Below, one piece after another: positions 54,460 through 64,000 of a DNA stretch of 64,000 nt; the first letter of the stretch is position 1; every line of letters starts with the position of its first letter. The position numbers and the translations under genes were made by a program. The notes beneath the pieces were generated by a model. It was not told the DNA's origin and made no database searches. It was given only the letters and a program-made list of their open reading frames with translations. Source of the stretch: Bacteroidales bacterium (GTDB taxonomy: Bacteria; Bacteroidota; Bacteroidia; Bacteroidales; Muribaculaceae). The stretch covers positions 10,004-74,003 of the forward strand of contig JAAVFP010000051.1 in the NCBI GenBank assembly GCA_014800735.1, written 5' to 3'.

Positions 54460-55891
54460 ATACCAATGGCAGCTTTTCATACCGTTGGTAATCACCATCT
54501 GGGTGATTATCTTCGGTATGGCCATTTATTCGTACAACAACGAACGCAAGTACCGCGAGGAGCAGGTCATCGAACAGCTCTCGCTGGTGCAGAACCGCAT
54601 TATTGCGCTGGCCGAGGACAATTCCAACCCCAAGCAGTTCCTTGACTTCATTGTAAAATACTACAAGAACAGCCCCGTCTACGACGTTATCCGCATCACC
54701 CTCTACGAGAACGGCGAAATGGTGCGCAGCTACGGCCAGCCCATCCCCCGCTCGTTCGATAAGGACGGCCTTTACATGGGCAACGGCCTTGATGACGGTC
54801 TTGAAATTGTGGACGACCAGAACTATTTCTACTCCAAACGCCTGGCCAGCGACGACGGCCGCTTCGAGGTCTATACCATCCTGCCCTTCAACCGCGACCT
54901 GATGCGCGCCACCCTCCCCTCAAACCGCATCTTCTGGTTCCTCACCCTGCTGGCCGTGGTGATGACGGTGATTTCGTTCTACTCCACCCGCTACTTCGGC
55001 CGTAACATCAACATCCTGCGCTCCATTGCGCGCGAAGCCGCCAGCAACCCCAACTTCATCCCCCCGATGAATTACCCGCATGATGAGCTTGGCGACATCA
55101 CACGCCAGATTGTGCACATCTACAACAAGCGCCTCGAAGCCATGGAGCTCCAGAAGCGCGAACACATGGTGGCCCTGAACGCTATCGAGGAAAAAGCCAA
55201 GGCCAAGCGCCAGCTCACCAGCAATATCAACCACGAGCTCCGTACCCCCCTGGGGGTTATCAAGGGCTATCTCGACACCATCCTGGATAACCCCGATATG
55301 GACGAAGGCTCGCGCACGCACTTCATCCGCAAGGCTCAGGAGCACGCCAACCGCCTCACCAACCTAATTGCCGACGTATCGGCTATCACACGTCTGGATG
55401 AAGGCGGCGAGATGATTAACACCGAGGAGCTTGACTTCCACGACCTGGTGTTCACTACCGCCAGCGACCTCGAAACATCCGGCACACTGGGCAAGATGCA
55501 ATTCAAGTTCGACCTGCCGCTGAACTGCCTCATCGAAGGCAACTACAACCTGCTCACCGGCATGCTCACCAACCTGGCCAAGAACGCATCCAACTACTCC
55601 AAGGGCACCATGTGCGAACTCCGCTATCTGGGCGAGGACGACAACTTCTACCGTTTCGTGTTCCAGGACGACGGCACCGGCGTGAGCGACGAACACCTCC
55701 CCCACCTGTTCGAACGCTTCTACCGCATCGACTCCGGGCGCTCGCGCAAAGCAGGTGGCTCCGGCCTGGGCCTTCCCATCGTGCAGACAACCGTCAAGGC
55801 CCACGGCGGTACAATCGAGGTGCGCAACGGCGAGCTCGGTGGCCTCGCATTCTACTTCACCCTACCAAAGCACAAAACCACCAACGCATAA
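54437..55891 (+). CDS. Membrane sensor histidine kinase
   Basis: Two TM helices, HAMP (DELG), HELRTP, DDGTGV, FERFYR, GSGLGL. Confidence 0.95.
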   Translation: MDLRRKIKYQWQLFIPLVITIWVIIFGMAIYSYNNERKYREEQVIEQLSLVQNRIIALAEDNSNPKQFLDFIVKYYKNSPVYDVIRITLYENGEMVRSYGQPIPRSFDKDGLYMGNGLDDGLEIVDDQNYFYSKRLASDDGRFEVYTILPFNRDLMRATLPSNRIFWFLTLLAVVMTVISFYSTRYFGRNINILRSIAREAASNPNFIPPMNYPHDELGDITRQIVHIYNKRLEAMELQKREHMVALNAIEEKAKAKRQLTSNINHELRTPLGVIKGYLDTILDNPDMDEGSRTHFIRKAQEHANRLTNLIADVSAITRLDEGGEMINTEELDFHDLVFTTASDLETSGTLGKMQFKFDLPLNCLIEGNYNLLTGMLTNLAKNASNYSKGTMCELRYLGEDDNFYRFVFQDDGTGVSDEHLPHLFERFYRIDSGRSRKAGGSGLGLPIVQTTVKAHGGTIEVRNGELGGLAFYFTLPKHKTTNA

Positions 55892-55919
55892 AATAACACG
55901 CGAATTTATTCAATTCAAT

Positions 55920-55967
55920 CGCTGTACTGGATAAAAAACCTCCTATTTTATCCAGTACAGCGTTTTT
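55920..55967 (+). terminator. 17-bp perfect hairpin terminator
   Basis: cgctgtactggataaaa / ttttatccagtacagcg plus T5. Confidence 0.75.
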
Positions 55968-56021
55968 ATTGGATAAAAACTGCTATATTTGCATTCTAAT
56001 CCCATATAAAAAATTGCTCAA

Positions 56022-57260
56022 ATGAAGAATATAATTTTAAACCAAAGGGCTGAACGCGACGAACTTTTAGGGCGGCCATATCAGCAACGCGACACTAAAT
56101 ATAATTTTGACGAACTGCTCGCTAATCCACTAATCAAGCTCATCACCGGGGCGAGGCGAGTGGGCAAATCCGTGCTTGCGTTGCTCATGTTGCAGGGTAA
56201 AAATTTTGCTTATCTTAATTTTGACGATAATCTGCTGCTTGAGAATTGGAGCGAGGACCTGGTGATGCAGATGCTCGACGAGGTATATCCCGGCTACGAA
56301 TATTTACTCCTGGACGAAATTCAAAACCTGCCCGATTGGGATTTGTGGGTCAACAAGCTATATCGCCGTGGCAAAAATCTGGTAATAACCGGTAGCAATG
56401 CCAAGATGCTGAGCAGCGAAATGGCCACTGCCCTCACCGGGCGTTATCTCCAAATCGAAATGCTGCCCTTCAGCCTGAATGAAACAATGCGATGGAAAAA
56501 AATCGCACCCGAACTCCCGGAACAGGCGGCACAAACAATCGCTGCCACCGATGATTATATGCGGAATGGCGGCTACCCGGAAACAATACAATCGCGTGCC
56601 ATTACCAAAAGCTATCTATCCACGCTGTTCGATTCAATTCTGTTCAAGGACGTCGCCAAACGCCACAATGTGAGGAATACAACAGATTTATACGACCTGG
56701 CAACCTATCTGCTTGCCAATTTTTGCAACCCCGTATCCGCCAATGACCTTGCCGCCGAATTAGGAATTTCGAGTGTGACGACAACAAAAAAATTCTGTGA
56801 TTATCTGGCAGAACCATACTTGTTTTTCTATCTCCCACGCTTCAACAATAAGCTGAAACTGATGAAGAAAGCACCAAGCAAGGTATATGTCGTTGATAAC
56901 GGATTCGTACAAAGCACTGCTTTTAACCTCAGCGAAAATCTGGGCCGGCTTTTGGAAAACCAAGTCTTTGTTGAACTCTTGCGCCGCGGTTACATTCCCG
57001 GTCAAACACTGTTCTACTATCGCACGCGCAATGACAAGGAAATTGACTTCGTCACACGCAAAGGCTCCAAGGTGGAACAGCTGATTCAGGTCTGCTACGA
57101 CATGACATCCGAAAAAACGCGTAAGCGCGAACTCGATGCTCTTGTCGAGGCAGCCGAGGAACTTCACTGCGACAACCTACTTGTCATCACTAATTCCGAA
57201 CAGCAAGATTTGATCTGGGAAGGGAAACAAATAAGCATTAAAAGCATTCTCAACTTTTGA
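56022..57260 (+). CDS. AAA_14 + DUF4143 ATPase with C-terminal PD-(D/E)XK-like motif
   Basis: GARRVGKS, LLDEIQ, ITGSNA, GGYPE, KVYVVDNG, EIDFV...IQV; AT-richer than neighbours. Confidence 0.9.
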   Translation: MKNIILNQRAERDELLGRPYQQRDTKYNFDELLANPLIKLITGARRVGKSVLALLMLQGKNFAYLNFDDNLLLENWSEDLVMQMLDEVYPGYEYLLLDEIQNLPDWDLWVNKLYRRGKNLVITGSNAKMLSSEMATALTGRYLQIEMLPFSLNETMRWKKIAPELPEQAAQTIAATDDYMRNGGYPETIQSRAITKSYLSTLFDSILFKDVAKRHNVRNTTDLYDLATYLLANFCNPVSANDLAAELGISSVTTTKKFCDYLAEPYLFFYLPRFNNKLKLMKKAPSKVYVVDNGFVQSTAFNLSENLGRLLENQVFVELLRRGYIPGQTLFYYRTRNDKEIDFVTRKGSKVEQLIQVCYDMTSEKTRKRELDALVEAAEELHCDNLLVITNSEQQDLIWEGKQISIKSILNF

Positions 57261-57364
57261 CATACCCCATCTTAAAATAAACTGAACGGCCAATTACCCG
57301 ATTTTCCCAATTGCTTTTACAAATATTTTTTGTAAATTTGTGGGAAATTGACCAATCGCGCACT

Positions 57365-60139
57365 ATGACTGACCCTGAGGACGAACTGCTTGAGGAAATA
57401 AACAACGAGGCCGAAGTGATGGCCACCGACGAACCTGCCAATTTCGGCGATACACCCGAAGAACTCGATCGCGAAGCCGAGGCTGCCAAAGCGGCCTCCG
57501 ACCGTCGCCGCCCATACACGGAGCCGGACGCCGTGGTTCGCCATCATCTGCGTGGCATGTACCAGACGTGGTTCCTGGAGTACGCATCCTATGTTATCCT
57601 GGAGCGTGCAGTGCCAAACATCGAGGACGGCCTTAAGCCCGTGCAGCGCCGAATCCTGCACGCCATGAAAACCATCGACGACGGCCGCTTCAACAAGGTG
57701 GCCAACATCGTGGGCACAACCATGCAGTATCACCCTCACGGCGATGCCTCAATCAAGGACGCACTCGTGCAGCTGGGCCAGAAGGACCTCCTGGTGGAAA
57801 CCCAGGGTAACTGGGGCAACATCCTCACAGGGTCGGCCGCCGCTGCTGCCCGTTATATCGAGGCACGCCTGTCGCTTTTCGCTTCTGAGGTGCTGTTCAA
57901 TCCCAAAGTAACCGAGTGGACCCTGAGCTACGACGGCCGCAAGCGCGAACCGGTCACTCTGCCCACCAAGTTCCCCCTGCTGCTCGCTCAGGGTGCCGAG
58001 GGTATCGCCGTGGGCCTTTCGTCCAAAATCCTGCCCCACAACTTCAACGAGATTCTTGACGCGGCCATTGCCTGTGTGCGCGGTGAGGACTTCGAGCTGT
58101 ACCCCGACTTCATCACCGGCGGCCTCATCGACGTGGGCCGCTACAACGACGGCCGCCGCGGCGGCGCCGTGAAGGTGCGCGCGAAAATCGAGAAAATCGA
58201 CTCAAAAACCCTCAACATCACCGAGCTGCCTTTTGGCAAAACATCCGAAAGCCTTATCGAGTCCATACTCAAGGCTTTTGAGCGCGGCCAGATTAAAATC
58301 CGCAAGGTGGAGAACAACACCGCCGCCGAAGCCTCGATTATCGTACACCTCATCCCCGGAACTTCGTCGGACAAGACCATCGATGCCCTTTATGCCTTCA
58401 CCGACTGCGAGGTGAGCATATCGCCCAATTGCTGCGTGATCCGCGAAAACAAACCTTGTTTCCTGGGAGTGAGCGATGTGCTCCGCCACAGTGTGGACAC
58501 CACCCGCAACATTATCCGCAACGAGCTCAATGTGGTGCTGGGCGAGGACCGCGAGCAGCTGCTCTACGCCACCCTGGAGAAAATATTCATCGAGAACCGC
58601 ATTTACAAGGATAAGGAATACGAGGAGGCAAAGACCCTGGACCAGGCCGTAGCACATATCGACAGTCGCCTGGAACCCTTCAAACCCTCGCTCACGCGCG
58701 AAGTGACCCGCGACGACATTCTCCGCCTGCTCGAAATCAAGATGAAACGCATCATGCGCTTCAACTCCGACGATGCCAACGCTGCCATCGCCGCCCTGCA
58801 GGCCCGCATATCCGACACCCTCGACAAGCTCGACCACATCGACGACGTCACCATCCAGTGGTACGAGCACCTCAAGCAGAAATATGGAGCCGCCTATCCC
58901 CGCCGCACGGCAATCCGCAGCTTCGACAGCATCCAGGCCGCCGCGGTGGCCGAGGCCAACGAAAAGCTCTACATCAACCGCGAGGAGGGCTTCATCGGCA
59001 CCGGGCTGAAGAAGGACGAGATGGTGTGCAACTGCTCCTCGCTGGACGACATCATAATTTTCTACAAGGACGGCCGCTACAAGATTGTGCGCGTGCAGGA
59101 CAAGCTCTTCATCGGCAAGAACGTGCTCTATATCAACGTCTACAACAAGAAGGATACCCGCACGATCTACAACGTAATCTACCAGAACGGCAAGGGCGGA
59201 GCCTACTACATGAAGCGCTTCAACGCCACCGGCATGGCGCGCGACAAGGAGTATAACCTCACTCCCGGCCAGCCCGGCACGCGCATTTCGTGGTTCACGG
59301 CCAACCCTAACGGCGAGGCCGAGATTGTGAAAGTGACACTCAAGCCCAAACTGCGCCTCAAGAATCTGACCTTCGACGTGGACTTCGCCAAGCTGGCCAT
59401 CAAGGGCCGTGCGGCCCAGGGTAATCTGGTGACCAAGAACGAGGTTCACCGTTTCTCGCTCAAGGAGCGCGGCGCCTCCACCCTGGGCGGTCGCAAGGTG
59501 TGGTTCGACCCCGACGTGCTGCGACTGAACTACGACGGCCGCGGTGAGTACCTGGGCGAATTCGCCGGCAACGACCGCATCCTCGTAATCAAGAAGGACG
59601 GCGAATACTACACCACCGGATTCGAAGTCACCAATCACTACGAGGACGGCATACTCTCCATCCAGAAATTCCGCCCCAAGACAGTGTGGACGGCCATCCT
59701 CAACGATGCCGACCAGGGCTACCCCTACATCAAGCGATTCACCTTCGACGACTCCGCCCGCCATCAGCGCTTCGTGGGCGACAACGCCAAGTCGTCGCTC
59801 ATCCTCCTTTCGGACCATCAGGCGCCCATGTTCGAGCTCCACTTCGGTGGTGCCGATGCTTCGCGCCCCGAGCAGATTATTGATGCCGAGGACTATATCG
59901 GTGTGAAATCGTTCAAGGCACGCGGCAAGCGCCTCACCACTTTCGAACTCGCCGAGGTGGTCGAGCTCGACCCCAAGCGCCCCGATGATTCCGACGACGA
60001 TACCGACAGTGCCGAGGCAGACACTCCCGAAGTTCCGGCCACCGACCTGCTCGAAGCCGACGATAAGTCCGACGATGAAATCCGCGACGAATTCTACGGC
60101 CAGGAACGCCTGTTTTCCGACGAAGAAATTGATTCATAA
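57365..60139 (+). CDS. parC: DNA topoisomerase IV subunit A (Bacteroidetes type)
   Basis: DGLKPVQRR, YHPHGD, AAARYIEARL; TAAATTTG at 57333-57340. Confidence 0.9.
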   Translation: MTDPEDELLEEINNEAEVMATDEPANFGDTPEELDREAEAAKAASDRRRPYTEPDAVVRHHLRGMYQTWFLEYASYVILERAVPNIEDGLKPVQRRILHAMKTIDDGRFNKVANIVGTTMQYHPHGDASIKDALVQLGQKDLLVETQGNWGNILTGSAAAAARYIEARLSLFASEVLFNPKVTEWTLSYDGRKREPVTLPTKFPLLLAQGAEGIAVGLSSKILPHNFNEILDAAIACVRGEDFELYPDFITGGLIDVGRYNDGRRGGAVKVRAKIEKIDSKTLNITELPFGKTSESLIESILKAFERGQIKIRKVENNTAAEASIIVHLIPGTSSDKTIDALYAFTDCEVSISPNCCVIRENKPCFLGVSDVLRHSVDTTRNIIRNELNVVLGEDREQLLYATLEKIFIENRIYKDKEYEEAKTLDQAVAHIDSRLEPFKPSLTREVTRDDILRLLEIKMKRIMRFNSDDANAAIAALQARISDTLDKLDHIDDVTIQWYEHLKQKYGAAYPRRTAIRSFDSIQAAAVAEANEKLYINREEGFIGTGLKKDEMVCNCSSLDDIIIFYKDGRYKIVRVQDKLFIGKNVLYINVYNKKDTRTIYNVIYQNGKGGAYYMKRFNATGMARDKEYNLTPGQPGTRISWFTANPNGEAEIVKVTLKPKLRLKNLTFDVDFAKLAIKGRAAQGNLVTKNEVHRFSLKERGASTLGGRKVWFDPDVLRLNYDGRGEYLGEFAGNDRILVIKKDGEYYTTGFEVTNHYEDGILSIQKFRPKTVWTAILNDADQGYPYIKRFTFDDSARHQRFVGDNAKSSLILLSDHQAPMFELHFGGADASRPEQIIDAEDYIGVKSFKARGKRLTTFELAEVVELDPKRPDDSDDDTDSAEADTPEVPATDLLEADDKSDDEIRDEFYGQERLFSDEEIDS

Positions 60140-60148
60140 CACCCTGCC

Positions 60149-60994
60149 ATGACCCGCACCCTCCGCCTCGTCGCCGTGCTTCTTGCAGCCTTGTGCACAC
60201 CGGCACTCATTGCCCAGGAGCAGCCGCTCCGCCCGGTCGTTTCGGCTTATACACTCGAAGCCGGCTCGGCTCACATTGCCGAAACCTACCTTTCGCCCCT
60301 GCGCTACAGCGGCTGGGCCACCGCTCTGGGCTACGAACGGATGCAAGCCATGCGCTTCAATCCCCGGCGATGGGTGATGCAGCTCAACGGACGCCTGGAA
60401 GTGGACCGCACCTTCAACCCCGCCCACAACGCCAGCATCTGGAACGCCGAGCTGCAACTCAGCTGGGCCATGATGCACCGCTGGGACGTGGCACCTGCCC
60501 TCACTCTGATGGGTGGAGGCCGCACGGAGCTCGACCTCGGTGCCTACTACAGCGACCGGAACAACAATAATCCCGCGGCGGCAAAAGCATCGTGGACCGT
60601 CGGCCTGCAGGGTGCAGCCGTGTACCAGACCCGCCTGCGCCGCCTCCCCGTGACCCTCCGCTATCAGGCCGACCTACCCGTGGCCGGAGTGTTCTTCTCG
60701 CCCCAGTACGGCGAGCTCTACTACGAAATCTACCTTGGCAACCACCATGGCCTGGCCCGCGCTGCCTGGCCCGGCAACTTCTTCCGCCTGGGCAACTACC
60801 TCAGCGCCGACCTCCGCTTCGGTGGCACCACCTTGCGCCTGGGTTACCGCTGCAACATCCTGTCGGTCAAAGCATCGGACATCGTCACCCGCCATATTGC
60901 CCACACCGCCGTGCTGGGCGTCACCACCGAGTGGATATCGCTCTCGGCCAAGCGCCGTGTGACCGACGCTCAAGTAATCAGCGCACTATATTGA
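60149..60994 (+). CDS. DUF3316-like outer-membrane protein
   Basis: ETYLSPLRYSG, NNNNPAAAK, FFSPQYGELYYEI; located between parC and the S41 peptidase. Confidence 0.7.
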   Translation: MTRTLRLVAVLLAALCTPALIAQEQPLRPVVSAYTLEAGSAHIAETYLSPLRYSGWATALGYERMQAMRFNPRRWVMQLNGRLEVDRTFNPAHNASIWNAELQLSWAMMHRWDVAPALTLMGGGRTELDLGAYYSDRNNNNPAAAKASWTVGLQGAAVYQTRLRRLPVTLRYQADLPVAGVFFSPQYGELYYEIYLGNHHGLARAAWPGNFFRLGNYLSADLRFGGTTLRLGYRCNILSVKASDIVTRHIAHTAVLGVTTEWISLSAKRRVTDAQVISALY

Positions 60995-60998
60995 AGCC

Positions 60999-62084
60999 AT
61001 GAAACTCCGATTCTTCCGCCACGTCCTCATCCTGCTGGCCACGGTTGTGCCCATGTCGCTCGGCCTGGGCAGCTGCCACTCCGTGGAGAAATGGGACAAC
61101 GACATCTACGGCAACTTCGACGCCCTTTGGACCATCCTCGACGAGCACTACTGCTTCTTCCGCGAAAAGGACGTGGACTGGGACGAAATTGGCCGCCGCT
61201 ACCGCTCCACCATCGACCCCGAATGGGAACTCCAGGAATTTTTTGACCACTGCGCCGCCATGTTGGCCGAGCTGCGCGACGGCCACACCAACCTCCAGGC
61301 ATGGTTCGATGTGTCCTACTACCGCAAGTGGTGGACGGACTATCCGCAGAACTTCAACCTCCGCCTAATCCAGGAGCACTACCTGGACTTCGACTACCGC
61401 TCCGGTGGCGGAATAATCTACAAGCTGCTTGAGGAACACAACGTGGGCTACATGTACTATTCATCCTTCTCCGCAAGCATTGGCGAAGCCTTCCTGGACA
61501 CCATGATGCTCACAATGAAGGACGCCGACGGCTTGATTATCGACATCCGCGACAACGGTGGTGGCGACATGACCAACGTCGAAAAGCTCGTGTCACGATT
61601 CATCGACGAACGCCTGCTGGCAGGCTACATCCAGCACAAAACCGGCCCCGGCCACGATGATTTCTCTGAGCCCTACGCTTTCTACTACGACCCTAACATG
61701 CAGCACGTGCGCTGGCTCAAACCGGTCATCATCCTCACTAACCGCAGCACTTTCAGCGCCGCCAACACCTTTGTTTCGGTCATGAAAGGCCTACCCTATG
61801 TTGCCATCATCGGCGACTGCACCGGCGGAGGCTCGGGCATGCCGTTCTCGTCCGAAATTCCCATCGGCTGGGGTGTGCGCTTCTCCGGCTCGCCTGTCTA
61901 CGACGCCGAGATGAACCTCACCGAGTTCGGCGTGGAGCCCACCCCGGGCGGCGAGATGGACATGGACCCCGAAGCCGAGGCCGCAGGCCACGACACCATC
62001 CTTGACTTCGCCATCGAGGTGCTCAACCGCGTGGCCGAGGAAAACCAGGGCACCAAAGCGTGCCTGAACACATTCGCACACTAA
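60999..62084 (+). CDS. S41-family peptidase lipoprotein
   Basis: Lipobox LGSC; IDIRDNGGG, TFSAAN, IIGDCTGGGSG. Confidence 0.88.
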   Translation: MKLRFFRHVLILLATVVPMSLGLGSCHSVEKWDNDIYGNFDALWTILDEHYCFFREKDVDWDEIGRRYRSTIDPEWELQEFFDHCAAMLAELRDGHTNLQAWFDVSYYRKWWTDYPQNFNLRLIQEHYLDFDYRSGGGIIYKLLEEHNVGYMYYSSFSASIGEAFLDTMMLTMKDADGLIIDIRDNGGGDMTNVEKLVSRFIDERLLAGYIQHKTGPGHDDFSEPYAFYYDPNMQHVRWLKPVIILTNRSTFSAANTFVSVMKGLPYVAIIGDCTGGGSGMPFSSEIPIGWGVRFSGSPVYDAEMNLTEFGVEPTPGGEMDMDPEAEAAGHDTILDFAIEVLNRVAEENQGTKACLNTFAH

Positions 62085-62113
62085 TTTTTAAATTATCAAT
62101 TCAATAAGTACCA

Positions 62114-63478
62114 ATGAAAAAACCTCTGTTCACTTTATTGTTGGCTATCATGGCGCTCATTGCGCCCAAAGCCGCAGCGGCTGCCGACGACGCTCAGCGC
62201 GAGTTCCCCATGTTCTGGACGTGGCTTGACTACCGCCCCGGCATGGACTTTGAATCGGTGTGCAAAACCATGCAGGAAATAGGCATGGACGGAATCATGC
62301 TCAACGCCCCCACCCCCGACGACTACCGCGAGGCTATCCCCGTGGCCCACAAGTACGGCATCGAAGTGTATGCCTGGCTCTGGACAATGAACCTGGAGCA
62401 TGGCCGCGACAGCATTGTGGCCAATCACCCCGACTGGCTGAGCGTGAACCGCAACGGTGCCAGCCTGGCCGACACCATGGCCTACGTGCCCCACTACAAA
62501 TTCATGTGCCCTGCCCTGCCCGAGGTCCGCGAATACATCAAGAACAAAGTGCGCGCCTACTGCGAGGTCGAAGGCCTCAACGGCATCGCCATTGATTATA
62601 ACCGATTTGTGGATGTGGTGCTCCCCACCACCCTCTGGCCCAAGTACGGCATCGTGCAGGACCGCGAGTATGCCGAGTGGGACTACGGCTACCACCCCGA
62701 AATGCTGCGCCTTTTCAAGGAGCAGTACGGCTACGATCCCCGCGAGCAGGCCGACCCCTCGCTTGACGAAAACTGGCGCCAGTTCCGCTGCGACCAGATT
62801 TCCGAAGTGGCCAACGAGATTGCCGACGTGGTTCACTCCTACGGCAAAGTGATGGCCGCATCCCCCTTCCCCACCCCCAAGATGGCATCGCGCATGGTGC
62901 GCCAGGACTGGAGCAAGTGGAACCTCGACATCGTCTTCCCCATGGTTTACCACACCTTCTACACCGGCGACGTGAGCTTCATCAGCGACTGCACCATTGA
63001 GAACGTGCGCGACAAGAACCCCGCCACCACCCTCTACTGCGGCATGATGTGCGGCGACGGTCCCGACCTGATTCCTGGCATGGAGGCAGCCCTCAACAGC
63101 GGTGCCCAGGGCGTGGCTCTGTTCACCGTCAACAGCATCCGCAAGCCTGAGACCAAAGCCGAATTCCGCCGCTTCACCGATGCCGCACGCGCTCGCCGTG
63201 CCGCCCAGGGTGGCGTGCTGAAAACCGACATCCCCGCGGCTGCCGACATGGACCCCTTCAGCCACACCGGCGTGATGAATCTGGTGCAGAATAAAATGAA
63301 GAACATCATCGGAAACCCCGATGCCACGCTGGACCTGGGCGAATACTCCCTGGCCGACACTTACGACGCCACACGCCACTACCGCGTGACCGACCGCAAC
63401 AGCGGCCGCACTTTCAATGTCACCTTCTACCTCTACGGCGACGTTCTCTCAGGCTGGGACGTGACCGAAGCCAACTGA
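62114..63478 (+). CDS. Exported glycoside hydrolase-like protein (GHL10/DUF187-like TIM barrel)
   Basis: Signal peptide; GIEVYAW, HPDW, CPALPEVR, GIAIDYNRF, QDWSKW, PMVY. Confidence 0.7.
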   Translation: MKKPLFTLLLAIMALIAPKAAAAADDAQREFPMFWTWLDYRPGMDFESVCKTMQEIGMDGIMLNAPTPDDYREAIPVAHKYGIEVYAWLWTMNLEHGRDSIVANHPDWLSVNRNGASLADTMAYVPHYKFMCPALPEVREYIKNKVRAYCEVEGLNGIAIDYNRFVDVVLPTTLWPKYGIVQDREYAEWDYGYHPEMLRLFKEQYGYDPREQADPSLDENWRQFRCDQISEVANEIADVVHSYGKVMAASPFPTPKMASRMVRQDWSKWNLDIVFPMVYHTFYTGDVSFISDCTIENVRDKNPATTLYCGMMCGDGPDLIPGMEAALNSGAQGVALFTVNSIRKPETKAEFRRFTDAARARRAAQGGVLKTDIPAAADMDPFSHTGVMNLVQNKMKNIIGNPDATLDLGEYSLADTYDATRHYRVTDRNSGRTFNVTFYLYGDVLSGWDVTEAN

Positions 63479-63483
63479 AGCGA

Positions 63484-64000
63484 ATGAAATGCTATAATCC
63501 CATCCGGCGGACGGTTGCCACTCTCATGCTTGTGGCAGCCGTCTGCTGCGCTTCGGCCCGCAGCATTACCGCCCCGAAAATTGCAGCCGGCACCATTCCC
63601 TCCGCGGCCGATGTGCCCGCCTTGCTGGCAAGCATAGCCCCCGACTCGCTCACATGCACCAACTGGGAAGCCTTCCCCTATCTTCCGGACGTCAAATTCC
63701 GCATAGCCCACACCGGCCGGGCCGTGCTGCTGCACTTCGTAGTCAATGAGGAAGCTGTGCGCGGCGAGGTCACCGAGAACCGCGGACCGGTGTACAAGGA
63801 CAGCTGTGTGGAATTTTTTGTGCAGACCGACACCACCTCCCGGGCCTACTACAACTTCGAGTGCAACTGCATCGGCACCATGATTGTGCAGCATGGCCCG
63901 ACAATTATGGAGCGCTCATTTGCCCGGCCGGTAACCCTGGCTGCCATTGACCGCTGGTGCTCCCTGGGCAACGGGCCTATAGCCCTGTCCGAGCGGCCCA
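63484..64000 (+). CDS. CBM9-like exported protein, 3'-truncated by the window edge (not in the ORF track)
   Basis: Manual translation MKCYNPIRR...NWEAFPYLPDVKFRIAH...VYKDSCVEFF...YYNFECNCIG; open to the window end. Confidence 0.75.
   Translation, partial: MKCYNPIRRTVATLMLVAAVCCASARSITAPKIAAGTIPSAADVPALLASIAPDSLTCTNWEAFPYLPDVKFRIAHTGRAVLLHFVVNEEAVRGEVTENRGPVYKDSCVEFFVQTDTTSRAYYNFECNCIGTMIVQHGPTIMERSFARPVTLAAIDRWCSLGNGPIALSERP

Noticed and set aside
57365-60139. gyrA assignment
   Set aside because: No GyrA-box (QxRGGxG) seen; N-terminal FLEYASYVILERA and the DUF3316/S41 context fit Bacteroidetes ParC
979-63894. Many long antisense or alternate-frame ORFs in the track (e.g. 979-2733, 11134-13890, 30440-32428, 58202-59842)
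   Set aside because: Shadow ORFs of high-GC3 coding genes; no recognisable motifs

Overview
Chromosomal segment of a GC-rich Bacteroidales bacterium. The family is probably Muribaculaceae-like, inferred from gene content, TAnnTTTG promoter elements and a T9SS-type C-terminal domain. The window is mostly housekeeping: purH-mreBCD-mrdA-rodA-GT4, ygiQ/uvrB, ftsH/rsfS, feoB, lgt, recX-prmC-obgE, parC, a partial nonulosonic-acid gene set, an ECF sigma/anti-sigma/TonB-receptor locus and a two-component system. Small AT-richer insertions sit between these genes: an AlbA/Schlafen-like gene with a 12-bp VNTR, a GNAT toxin-antitoxin pair whose antitoxin is missing from the ORF track, and an AAA_14/DUF4143 ATPase. 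The most notable unexplained structures are: (1) two paralogous minus-strand sRNA candidates 27 kb apart whose shared 5' end is antisense to an ...AUGAAAAA start-codon context, one followed by a second structured RNA candidate; (2) a 181-bp duplicate of the uvrB 5' end fused in frame to a four-helix-bundle-suffix/Zn-ribbon fragment and followed by a 10-bp periodic array; (3) a coiled-coil protein ending in a perfect beta-clamp motif QLSLF; (4) REP/REPIN-like elements with no transposase in the window. No rRNA, tRNA, CRISPR array, integrase or transposase was seen. All product calls are by eye from motifs, with no database search.
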